Positions 56,558 through 64,000 of a stretch of 64,000 bases of DNA are shown here, one piece after another. The position numbers and the translations under genes are program-made. This DNA comes from an uncultured Clostridia bacterium (GTDB taxonomy: Bacteria > Bacillota > Clostridia > Christensenellales > UBA1242): NCBI GenBank assembly GCA_944362965.1, contig CALVTR010000002.1:80145-144144 (forward strand), written 5' to 3'. The notes under the pieces are model-generated. The model saw only the letters and a list, made by a program, of their open reading frames with translations, was not told the origin of the DNA and did not search any database. The first letter of the stretch is position 1. Every line of letters starts with the position of its first letter.

Positions 56558-59500
56558 TTATATTTTTGCTATAAACACTTGAACTTGTTTTGAGTTAAAA
56601 TCAAATTCCATTGAATTTGTTCCGTTTGTGCCTAGTTTAACTTCATCGCAGAGCGTTCCTTTCTTGATTGTATCAGAATATTTAAGTAGCATATTTGCAA
56701 GCTCTTCGTCACCGCTAAGCTCTATCTTTATATGGTTTACAACTTCAAAACCGCTTTCTTTGCGAAGATTTTGCACCTTTGATACAAATTCTTTAACCAT
56801 ACCCTTTTCAATTAGGTCTTGTGTCAAGTTAGTGTCAAGCACAACTGTCATCTCGCCATTTGTTTCGCTTGAATAACCTTCTTTATTTTTAAGACCAATG
56901 AGAAGGTCTTCTTCGCCAAGTGATACTTCTTGTCCGTTTACTGTGAACTCAAGTTTGCCGCCCTGACGAACCTTATTGACATTTTCCGCACTTCCTGCAT
57001 TTGCAAGATACGCTTTTATTCCGCCTAAAAGTTTGCCATACTTTGGTCCAACTGTGCGAAGTTGTGGTTTAAGCTCGTAAGAGACAAATTCATCCGCATT
57101 GTGCAAAATTTCAATTTCTTCAACATTGAGCTCGTCTTTGATAAGTGCTTGAAGCTCGCCGTCAAGAGAAAGTTCCTTGCTTGTGCAAACGATAACCTTT
57201 GAAAGTGGTTGACGGTTTTTGACATTGCTTGCTGAGCGGCATGATCTACCCAAGTTTACAATTTCAAGAACTTTATCCATGCCTTCGTTAAGACGCGCAT
57301 CAATCATGCTTTCATCTGCTGTTGGGTAGCTGCAGAAATGCACGCTTTCTGGCGAATTTTTATCAAGGCTTCTTACAAGGTTTTGATATATTTCTTCTGC
57401 CATAAATGGAACAAAAGGTGCGATAAGTTTGCTGAGCGACACAAGAACTTCATAAAGAGTTTTATATGCAGCCTTCTTGTCGTCGTTTTCTTCACTTCCC
57501 CAGAACCTTTCACGGGAACGGCGAATATACCAGTTTGAAAGTCTATCAACAAACTCACTGATTGCAGCTGCTGGCGTTTTCATATCATATTTTTCAAGCC
57601 CTTCTTCTACCACCTTTATTAGTGCGTTATAGTCTGAAAGTAACCACTTATCAAGGAAAGTCAGTTTGCAATCTTTCAGGCTATACTTGCTTGGGTCGAT
57701 TTTATCAATCTCTGCATAAAGGACATAGAAATAGTAGACATTCCACAATGTTCCCATAAACTTACGTTGAAGGTCAACAAGATTTTCTTCTATAAATGGC
57801 AGTCCTTGTGCCGGGTTGCAACTTGAGAAGAAATACCAGCGGACACCGTCAGCACCATATTTGCCAAGCACTTCCCATGGGTCTACACCATTTTTAAGGC
57901 TCTTTGACATCTTAAGTCCATTTTTATCAAGCACAAGTCCTAGCACATTGCAGGCTTTAAATGGTGCTTTATCAAAGACCGCCGTGTTGACCGTGAGAAG
58001 TGTGTAGAACCAGCCACGTGTCTGGTCAATAGCTTCGCTGATATAATCTGCCGAGAACGCCTTTTTGAAGGTCTCTTGATTTTCAAATGGATAGTGATAT
58101 TGTGCAAATGGCATAGAGCCGCTATCAAACCAACAGTCCATGACTTCTGGTGTTCTATGCATAGTCTTGCCACAAACTGGGCATGGGAAAGTTATCTTAT
58201 CAAGCGTTGGCTTGTGCAGATCAAGCTCACCTGTGGCGCCTGAAAGCTGACGCAGCTCTTCAACTGAGCCTATAACATGAACGTGACCATTTTCGCATTT
58301 CCAGAAAGGAAGTGGCGTTCCCCAATAACGATTACGTGAAATATTCCAATCTATATTATTTGCAAGGAAGTTGCCCATACGCCCATTTTTAATGTGGTCT
58401 GGTATCCAATTTATACCCTGATTGTTTTTTACAAGTTGGTCACGGATTGCGGTGGTCTTAACAAACCACGCGTCTTGTGCGTAGTAAAGAAGTGGGCTTT
58501 TGCATCTCCAGCAATGTGGATATGAGTGCTCTATTGGTTGAACCTTGAACATCTTATCTTCATTTTTCAATTTTTCTATGATAAGCTTGTCGGCATCTTT
58601 GACAAAAAGTCCACCAAAGTCGGTTTTATCGCTCATGTGCCCGCTTTCATCAACGAGCTGAACGAAGGTTAAACCATACTTTACACCTGCTTTATAGTCA
58701 TCTTCGCCAAAAGCTGGAGCAATATGAACGATACCTGTTCCGTCTTCGGTTGTAACATAGTCGTCAACTATAACAAAATAGCCTTTTTTAACTTCATCTT
58801 TAACATAATCAAAGAGTGGTTCATACTTATGATACTCAAATTCCTTACCCTTCTTTGTGTAAACCTTTGTGAAAGTGCCTTCTTCAAAAAGTGTTGGTAT
58901 AAGTTTGTCAAGCATGATATAATTTTTGCCTTCAAAGCAAAGTTTTGTATAGTCTTCATTTGGATTCATACAAAGTGCAACGTTTGATGGAAGAGTCCAT
59001 GGTGTTGTTGTCCATACAAGGAAATATGTGTTGTCTTCTTCAAGACTTTTCATCTTAACATAAACAGAATTTTCTTTTAATATCTTATAATTGTCGCCAT
59101 TTTCAAGTTCTGCTTTTGACAGGCTTGTTCCACATCTTGGGCAATATGGCACAACTTTATGACCTTGATAGATAAGCCCTTTCTTGTCCATCTCCTTAAG
59201 AGCCCAAAACACACTTTCAATATAATTATTGTCGTAGGTTATATAAGGATTGTCCATATCAACCCAATAGCCAATCTTTTTAGTCAAATCTTCCCACATT
59301 GACTTATATTCCCAGACTGACTTCTTGCAAAGGTCAATAAACTTATCAATCCCATAATTTTCTATGTCTTTTTTGCCGTTAAAGCCAAGTTTTTTCTCAA
59401 CTTCAACTTCTACAGGAAGTCCATGTGTGTCCCACCCTGCTTTGCGGTAGATATAATAGCCCTTCATTGCCTTGAAACGTGGAATGACGTCCTTCATAGC

Positions 59501-59689
59501 TCTTGTGAGAACGTGTCCAATATGTGGCTTACCATTTGCAGTTGGTGGACCATCATGCAAAACAAAGCTCTTATCGCTATTTTTGTTTAAATCAAGTCCT
59601 TTTTTGATTATATTGTTCTCTTCCCAAAATTTTAGGATTTTTGCTTCATTTGCAACGAAATCTAGTTTAGAATCAACCTTTTTATACAT
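56558..59689 (-). CDS. ileS: Isoleucine--tRNA ligase (type 2, about 1040 aa)
   Basis: PPTANGKPHIGH (HIGH), LKMSKSLKN (KMSKS), a CP1 editing domain and a long C-terminal extension. Confidence 0.95.
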   Translation of the reverse strand: MYKKVDSKLDFVANEAKILKFWEENNIIKKGLDLNKNSDKSFVLHDGPPTANGKPHIGHVLTRAMKDVIPRFKAMKGYYIYRKAGWDTHGLPVEVEVEKKLGFNGKKDIENYGIDKFIDLCKKSVWEYKSMWEDLTKKIGYWVDMDNPYITYDNNYIESVFWALKEMDKKGLIYQGHKVVPYCPRCGTSLSKAELENGDNYKILKENSVYVKMKSLEEDNTYFLVWTTTPWTLPSNVALCMNPNEDYTKLCFEGKNYIMLDKLIPTLFEEGTFTKVYTKKGKEFEYHKYEPLFDYVKDEVKKGYFVIVDDYVTTEDGTGIVHIAPAFGEDDYKAGVKYGLTFVQLVDESGHMSDKTDFGGLFVKDADKLIIEKLKNEDKMFKVQPIEHSYPHCWRCKSPLLYYAQDAWFVKTTAIRDQLVKNNQGINWIPDHIKNGRMGNFLANNIDWNISRNRYWGTPLPFWKCENGHVHVIGSVEELRQLSGATGELDLHKPTLDKITFPCPVCGKTMHRTPEVMDCWFDSGSMPFAQYHYPFENQETFKKAFSADYISEAIDQTRGWFYTLLTVNTAVFDKAPFKACNVLGLVLDKNGLKMSKSLKNGVDPWEVLGKYGADGVRWYFFSSCNPAQGLPFIEENLVDLQRKFMGTLWNVYYFYVLYAEIDKIDPSKYSLKDCKLTFLDKWLLSDYNALIKVVEEGLEKYDMKTPAAAISEFVDRLSNWYIRRSRERFWGSEENDDKKAAYKTLYEVLVSLSKLIAPFVPFMAEEIYQNLVRSLDKNSPESVHFCSYPTADESMIDARLNEGMDKVLEIVNLGRSCRSASNVKNRQPLSKVIVCTSKELSLDGELQALIKDELNVEEIEILHNADEFVSYELKPQLRTVGPKYGKLLGGIKAYLANAGSAENVNKVRQGGKLEFTVNGQEVSLGEEDLLIGLKNKEGYSSETNGEMTVVLDTNLTQDLIEKGMVKEFVSKVQNLRKESGFEVVNHIKIELSGDEELANMLLKYSDTIKKGTLCDEVKLGTNGTNSMEFDFNSKQVQVFIAKI

Positions 59690-59774
59690 AATTTTCTCCT
59701 TTTTTTGTTTTTCCTACCACATTTTTGTAACTTTGTGTTTGCATTGCACTCGGGCTTATGAGATAAAGCTGGGG

Positions 59775-59850
59775 TTTAGACAAAGCGAGCCGTGCGGGCG
59801 CGTCAGCGGTGCGACCGCGTGGCGAGCGGAGCGAAGCTTCTTTGCGTTTT
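59775..59850. repeat. GC-rich repeat fragment (copy D) inside the ileS leader
   Basis: gcgagccgtgcgggcgcgtcagcggtgcgaccgcgtggcgagcggagcgaagc shares GCGAGCGGAGC words and a gcggt-gcg-accgc hairpin with copies A-C. Confidence 0.45.
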
Positions 59851-60021
59851 AAAGTGCAGCGAATCTCTTTACTCTTTATAGGCAAACCGCTTTTTAATAA
59901 AAATGTTCTATTGCCATATATGCTTTTAATCTTTTTTGCCTATTATATTTTCTTTCGCAAACATTATTCGCCCTGCTTAGCCAAAAAACAATATGCATTA
60001 CAAAGTGTTTCAATATGTTAA

Positions 60022-60275
60022 ATCTAACAAAAAGCCCATTAAGTTACAAGAACCTAATGGGCCAAACCACTTGTAATCTTATAGCCGAGCAAACACTCGC
60101 CCCTTCTATAACGGGAAGTCCCGACAATTTTTACACAAGAATTTATAAAAAATATCCTTTTTCAAAATTGCAACTCCGAAAGTGATAATTTTTAAGCCTT
60201 TCTATTGCCTTCCACCACAAACGGCAACTCTCTGGATGAACCTAACTTAAAAACCTTGTCTTTCATCAACGCTTT
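60022..60275 (-). promoter_or_regulatory. T-box riboswitch leader (probable Ile specifier AUC)
   Basis: The minus strand shows GTTGATGAAAGACAAG, CCAGAGAGTTGCC..GGTGGAAGGCAA, the specifier-region triplet AUC (AAAUUAUCACUU), a degenerate T-box AAGTGGTTTGGCCC and the terminator gcccattaggtt-N6-aacttaatgggc plus TTTTTG. Confidence 0.65.
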
Positions 60276-60374
60276 TATTATTACTAAACATTATTTATTT
60301 TAGTCACTTAAAACACATTTGTCAATAAATTTTATCTATTTTTAGGGAAAAGAGATGGTATCATCTCTAATTAT

Positions 60375-61115
60375 CTAATACTGCTCAAGTATCTTTTGAG
60401 CCTCTGAAACATTTGCACCCGTCATAATTCCTAGCGGCATTTCATTGTTAAGCCCATTTTTTGTAAAAAGTATAGCAAGGAGTTTATGGTTGTTATAGAA
60501 CTCATTTAACGCTTCTTCTATAGTGCAGTCAGCTTTCTTTACAACATAATAATTGCTATTTTGAAGCGACGAAAGCATATCTTCTATTTGAACATTGTCA
60601 AGAAATGCACCACATTTCCCGCCGGCGATTAAAAACTGTCCCATAGAATTTAGTATCTTTTGACCATTTGCAACACCAATCAAATGATTATCTTTGTATA
60701 CAGGAATATTGCTGAAATTGGAACTTGCCATAAGAGTTATAACTTCTCTCATGCTCTTTCCTGCATAGGTTATAACAACATCTTTTCTTCCAACTGTGTC
60801 GAGTGCCTTTGGCGGTGTTGTAAGCAGTTTTTCAATGTGTTCTATATCTTCAACAACGCTATCATGTGGCTCGGCAATGACAAAATCCTCATTATTATTG
60901 TGAATTATTGCATTGCGAAGCCTGCCATAGTCAATAAGTTCATCTTCATATTTGCGGACAACATAATTCATAACAACGCTCTTTCTTATTAAATCTGAAA
61001 AGCCCATTGCCCTATTTAAGCCATAACGTGTCTTTAGCGCATAATCTATATTGTTGTAGGCATCTAAGAACCTTTTTGCATTGCTCTTTCTAAAATCTTT
61101 TTTGTCTTCTTCCAT
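60375..61115 (-). CDS. CBS-pair protein with N-terminal HEPN-like (Swt1-type) domain
   Basis: The C-terminal half has two CBS repeats. The N-terminal 100 aa end in YGRLRNAIIHN, which fits the HEPN Rx4-6H motif. Confidence 0.65.
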   Translation of the reverse strand: MEEDKKDFRKSNAKRFLDAYNNIDYALKTRYGLNRAMGFSDLIRKSVVMNYVVRKYEDELIDYGRLRNAIIHNNNEDFVIAEPHDSVVEDIEHIEKLLTTPPKALDTVGRKDVVITYAGKSMREVITLMASSNFSNIPVYKDNHLIGVANGQKILNSMGQFLIAGGKCGAFLDNVQIEDMLSSLQNSNYYVVKKADCTIEEALNEFYNNHKLLAILFTKNGLNNEMPLGIMTGANVSEAQKILEQY

Positions 61116-61278
61116 AATATCTCCAAGCAGTATTTAAATACCTTATTATCATAACATATTTTAAAAAAATTACATACAAAATTTGACGATTATTTCAAAA
61201 TTCTTGTGTTTGCACTAAAATATCTTTCAAATTTGCTGAAAAATATTGCAAAAATCATTGTTTTATGCTAAAATATAG

Positions 61279-61550
61279 AAACCGAGATAGATGGAGAGTT
61301 AGCGGTGCTCTGTAACCCACAATCCGCTATAGTGGGATTGAACGCTTGTGTGCGGTTTGATTTTGTCAAATATGTGTATGGGCTTTAGGTGAGGAAATCA
61401 AGGTCTTATGCAATCAAAATCTTTGAACCATGTCAGAGCCTGACGGCAGCATCATTAAGGAGACACTTTGGTGTGCCATAAGGTAGCTTTGGTGGAGCTT
61501 AAAGTTTGTGAGGCAGTTGGTGAAATCTTATCAAGCCAAGTTCTCGGTCC
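61279..61550 (+). ncRNA. ffs: Signal recognition particle RNA, large Bacillus type with Alu domain
   Basis: AGCGGTGCTCTGTAACCCACAATCCGCTATAGTGGGATTGAAC resembles the B. subtilis scRNA Alu domain. The GAACCATGTCAG...GGCAGCATCATTAAGG segment resembles domain IV. The 5' ACCGAGA pairs with the 3' TCTCGGT. Confidence 0.85.
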
Positions 61551-61562
61551 TTTAAAAAATAC

Positions 61563-61588
61563 AAGGTAGGCAAAAGCCTACCTTTTTT
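61563..61588. terminator. Bidirectional rho-independent terminator
   Basis: aaggtaggc-aaaa-gcctacctt plus TTTT. It serves SRP RNA (+) and the convergent gene ending at 61591. Confidence 0.75.
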
Positions 61589-61590
61589 GG

Positions 61591-62499
61591 TTAAATATTA
61601 CCATTTTGTAATTCAATAGTGCAATCATTTATAAGATTTCTTGTTAAGATATCACCATTTAGTTCCCAGTTTTCATCATACGACGGCACCTCAACATCAA
61701 TAACAGTTGCTCTCCAAGCACCATTACTATAACACACACCAGAACCCACGCCGTTTAACACTATAAGATAGTCATATGTAGTTGGCGTTGGTGCATAAAG
61801 CTCAATTTTATTTAAACTATTATAAGATATTGCTTGTGTTGTATTTAAGCTATTTTCTTCTAGTGCCAAGTAGAATTTTGAGCCGTTAAGGTATACTACT
61901 TCTCCATTCCCAACTGCTTGCACTTCACCATTATCCATTTTAACATAAGCAGTAGCAGAACTGCTGTTAGTAAATGTCACATTAAAGTCTTGCAATTCAG
62001 CAATATCTATTATTATATTATCAAGGTTTATACTAGTTGAGCTTGTGACCTGAACACTAATGTATATTGTGCCGGAGATACCATCGTAGGTTGCAACTTG
62101 GTCTAGTGGAACGCTATCTCCTGCTATCGTTCCGCTTACTGACAAGGTCGCATTTGACAAGCTTGACTGACTGCTTGCGTTATATGTGGTTGCGGTTGTG
62201 TTGATAACGTCAATTTCAATGGATATTGTTCCGCTATCTGAGCTTACAGTGCCAAAATCAAGCTCAAAACTTTCCCATACAAAGCCCGGTAAAAAATTAT
62301 CAATAGTTTCGCCTTCTGTTTGCCCATCAGACAGCCTTATATCTTTGATATAGAGTGTTGAATCGTCTATATTAAATTGAACGTTTCCCTTTAAATTTAT
62401 TGTAAAACTGCCCGTTGCGGCTAGCACACCAACGAGTAGCATACTTAGCACCAAGATAAATACTGAAACAACTGAAATCAATTTTACTTTAAGTGACAT
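61591..62499 (-). CDS. Secreted/cell-surface protein of unknown function (intact paralog of 1..394)
   Basis: 302 aa with signal peptide MSLKVKLISVVSVFILVLSMLLVGVLAATG. The mature part is Ser/Thr/Asn-rich and beta-rich. Confidence 0.65.
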   Translation of the reverse strand: MSLKVKLISVVSVFILVLSMLLVGVLAATGSFTINLKGNVQFNIDDSTLYIKDIRLSDGQTEGETIDNFLPGFVWESFELDFGTVSSDSGTISIEIDVINTTATTYNASSQSSLSNATLSVSGTIAGDSVPLDQVATYDGISGTIYISVQVTSSTSINLDNIIIDIAELQDFNVTFTNSSSATAYVKMDNGEVQAVGNGEVVYLNGSKFYLALEENSLNTTQAISYNSLNKIELYAPTPTTYDYLIVLNGVGSGVCYSNGAWRATVIDVEVPSYDENWELNGDILTRNLINDCTIELQNGNI

Positions 62500-62665
62500 A
62501 ATAAAAAACTCCTTTTTTATTTTTCTTTTTAGTTTGTTGAAAGATGCCTGTTTTATGCAAAATGTGACTTATTTTGCATTTTTCAGCCCTAGTTTAGCAC
62601 TTTTAATCTCTTTGTCTTAAGTGTGACGGCACTATGGCGTCACAAAATTTAAAATTTTTTATAAC

Positions 62666-62681
62666 TGTGACATTTGTCACA
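62666..62681. promoter_or_regulatory. Perfect CRP/FNR-type palindrome TGTGA-N6-TCACA in the leader
   Basis: TGTGACATTTGTCACA, read directly. It lies between the putative promoter (62962..62988) and the start codon at 62499. Confidence 0.35.
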
Positions 62682-62790
62682 CTTTAAGTATAAGAGCAAC
62701 AACTTCCCCTTTGATAAAATTTGATTAGTTTGAAAGAAATTTAGTGCGGGTTTGATATCGCTTGCCCTTAAATAAAAACTGTGCGGGTTT

Positions 62791-62921
62791 GGCTGTGAGC
62801 TTTAGCTCTGCCCAAGAAAACATGCGAATTTTTCAAATTCGCATTATGACGCAAAGGCTTTTGCGTCATCAGAAACTCTTTCGAGTTTCTGTTTTCTTGG
62901 GCAGTTGCTAAAGCCACAGCC
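62791..62921. repeat. Three-hairpin junction element E11 (31-bp closing stem)
   Basis: Closing stem ggctgtgagctttagctctgcccaagaaaac/gttttcttgggcagttgctaaagccacagcc (3 mismatches). Hairpins are atgcgaattt-ttc-aaattcgcat, atgacgcaaa-ggct-tttgcgtcat and cagaaactc-tttc-gagtttctg. Confidence 0.75.
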
Positions 62922-62961
62922 TCTGCTTTTAAGATAATATTATTATATCTTAATTTATCTT

Positions 62962-62988
62962 TATTATACCCCCCCGCAACCCACGTCA
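62962..62988 (-). promoter_or_regulatory. Putative sigma-A type promoter with a G7 tract in the spacer (copy 2)
   Basis: The minus strand reads TTGACG-tgggttgc-GGGGGGG-TATAAT. The block is shared with 791..850. Confidence 0.5.
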
Positions 62989-63082
62989 AGCAAATTTAAC
63001 AAATTTTTTAAATTTTTTTATTTTTTTTTGAAAAATATTAAAATTATATTTTTGTCCATTTATTTACATTATATAATCCTTT

Positions 63083-63275
63083 TTAGCCCTTGCGGCTCAA
63101 TATTACGACGAAATTTACAAAGTAAATTTCTAGGGGCGGAAGAGGCTTGGGAGAGAAACCAAAACCTTAGCGGTTAGGCTTGCATTGCAAGACGTGTCCG
63201 CGTATGATTACAAAAAATTTATAAAGTCTTAACATTAAAATTTTTTGTAAAAGGTTTTGGTGTCTCACCAACTTG
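63083..63275 (-). ncRNA. Candidate structured RNA, copy 2 (homolog of 50485..50727)
   Basis: Core gcggttaggcttgcattgcaagacgtgtccgcgtatga (63170..63207). The arm gggagagaaaccaaaacc pairs with ggttttggtgtctcacc. There is also the hairpin agcc-cttgc-ggct (GCAA loop on the minus strand). Confidence 0.4.
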
Positions 63276-63324
63276 CACTACTTGCATTTATAAAATAAGC
63301 AGCTTTTTATTTGCTGCTTATTTT

Positions 63325-63564
63325 TTAATTTTGTTTATTTTCAGTTTTATTCATTTTATTTTCCATAGCTTTTACGCCATCTTTGACTTTCTTTTCAATC
63401 TCGTCCATGCCCTGTTCGGCTTTCTTTTCCATTTGCTTTGCGGTTTTTACTACTTTCTTCTCACCTTTATCTATCATTTCCTTTGTTCCTTGAGAATATT
63501 TGTAAAGAAGTGCACCTGTTAAAAGTCCCATACTGAAGCCTACTAGCATCATTATATCTTTCAT
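63325..63564 (-). CDS. YtxH-domain protein
   Basis: 79 aa with an N-terminal hydrophobic helix, then K/E-rich helices (..KTAKQMEKKAEQGMDEIEKKVKDGVKAMENK). A terminator hairpin lies at 63293..63322. Confidence 0.7.
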   Translation of the reverse strand: MKDIMMLVGFSMGLLTGALLYKYSQGTKEMIDKGEKKVVKTAKQMEKKAEQGMDEIEKKVKDGVKAMENKMNKTENKQN

Positions 63565-63695
63565 ATTGTCCCCCTTTCAGCATTAGTATGGGCAAAAGAT
63601 AAAATATTATTCAATTAAACCCTATGAATTTATCTATGTATATTTGTGCGGGAGATAATGAAAGAACATAGATAAAGTATGTGCGGGTGAAATAG

Positions 63696-63781
63696 GCTTG
63701 CGGAAGTGCTGGCTCTTGGAGCCAGCGGAAAAGCAAAAGCTTTTCCAAAATTTTGAAGTTTCAAAATTTACTTCCGCAAGC
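63696..63781. repeat. Three-hairpin junction element E12
   Basis: Closing stem gcttgcggaagt/acttccgcaagc. Hairpins are gctggctc-ttg-gagccagc, ggaaaagc-aaaa-gcttttcc and aaattttgaa-gt-ttcaaaattt. Confidence 0.75.
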
Positions 63782-63867
63782 TTCGCAAAACAGCCTTAAA
63801 ACATTTAATCTATCGTATTTCTTAATTAAAAAAATACTACATATGAAAATGCAGTATTTTTATCTCA

Positions 63868-64000
63868 TTACATCTCTTTAAGAGCTTTTTTCTCTTCTCT
63901 TTCCTTTCTTTTATAATAATCTTCAACAGCGTTGTTGATTGCTTCTTCAACGATAACAGCTGAATAATATCTATTTTGTGGAATATCGTTTTCAATATGC
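63868..64000 (-). CDS. 3' end of an unidentified gene (partial, continues past window end)
   Basis: The minus-strand frame is open to the edge: ..HIENDIPQNRYYSAVIVEEAINNAVEDYYKRKEREEKKALKEM-stop. A hairpin terminator follows. Confidence 0.4.
   Translation of the reverse strand, partial: HIENDIPQNRYYSAVIVEEAINNAVEDYYKRKEREEKKALKEM

Noticed and set aside
59472-59885. ORFs 59472..59852(+) and 59682..59885(-) at the ileS start
   Set aside because: One is antisense to ileS. The other runs through the GC-rich leader fragment. Neither has an RBS or a plausible composition.
62768-62989. 73-aa ORF on the minus strand
   Set aside because: It is covered by junction element E11 and the putative promoter, and its start lies inside the promoter block.
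1-64000. Alternative genetic code (UGA as Trp, as in Mollicutes), suggested by the very low GC
   Set aside because: Long housekeeping ORFs are intact under the standard code. The tRNA-Trp has anticodon CCA, and the ORFs that use TGA as a stop end at lengths normal for their families.

Overview
AT-rich chromosomal segment (about one-third GC by eye) from a low-GC Bacillota-like bacterium using the standard genetic code. Lineage clues are a Bacillus-type large SRP RNA, a DnaD/DnaB-like plus DnaI primosome pair, secG-rnr-smpB-ssrA synteny, acpS next to mazEF, and T-box leaders. Most genes are housekeeping: M1 peptidase, replication loaders, RecX, AcpS, TyrRS, Ung, RNase R, SmpB/tmRNA, GlmS/GlmM, IleRS, PepF, an RluA-type synthase, an rRNA methyltransferase, an ABC exporter and a Y-family polymerase. 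There are three tRNAs (Trp, Pro, Gly). I saw no rRNA, CRISPR array, integrase or transposase. The unusual content is mostly non-coding. (1) A pervasive family of 90-140 nt intergenic elements, each one closing stem around three consecutive hairpins, with 12 full copies whose architecture is conserved but whose sequence is not. (2) A GC-rich 100-370 nt repeat family with three to four copies, which produces fake ORFs on both strands. (3) Two homologous structured-RNA candidates with GCAA-capped hairpins. (4) Two paralogous secreted-protein genes sharing a promoter with a G7/G8 tract in its spacer and a long conserved leader; one copy is frameshifted. Protein-level oddities are: a four-gene tandem paralog array with a perfect 572-bp duplication; a 498-aa protein with an embedded MazF domain; an uncharacterised two-gene operon; a GNAT-TyrRS in-frame fusion under a Tyr T-box; a stand-alone GlmU acetyltransferase domain; a NifU-like/GGGtGRT pair; and a HEPN-like/CBS fusion. 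Coordinates of RNA and repeat features were counted by hand and may be off by a few nt.
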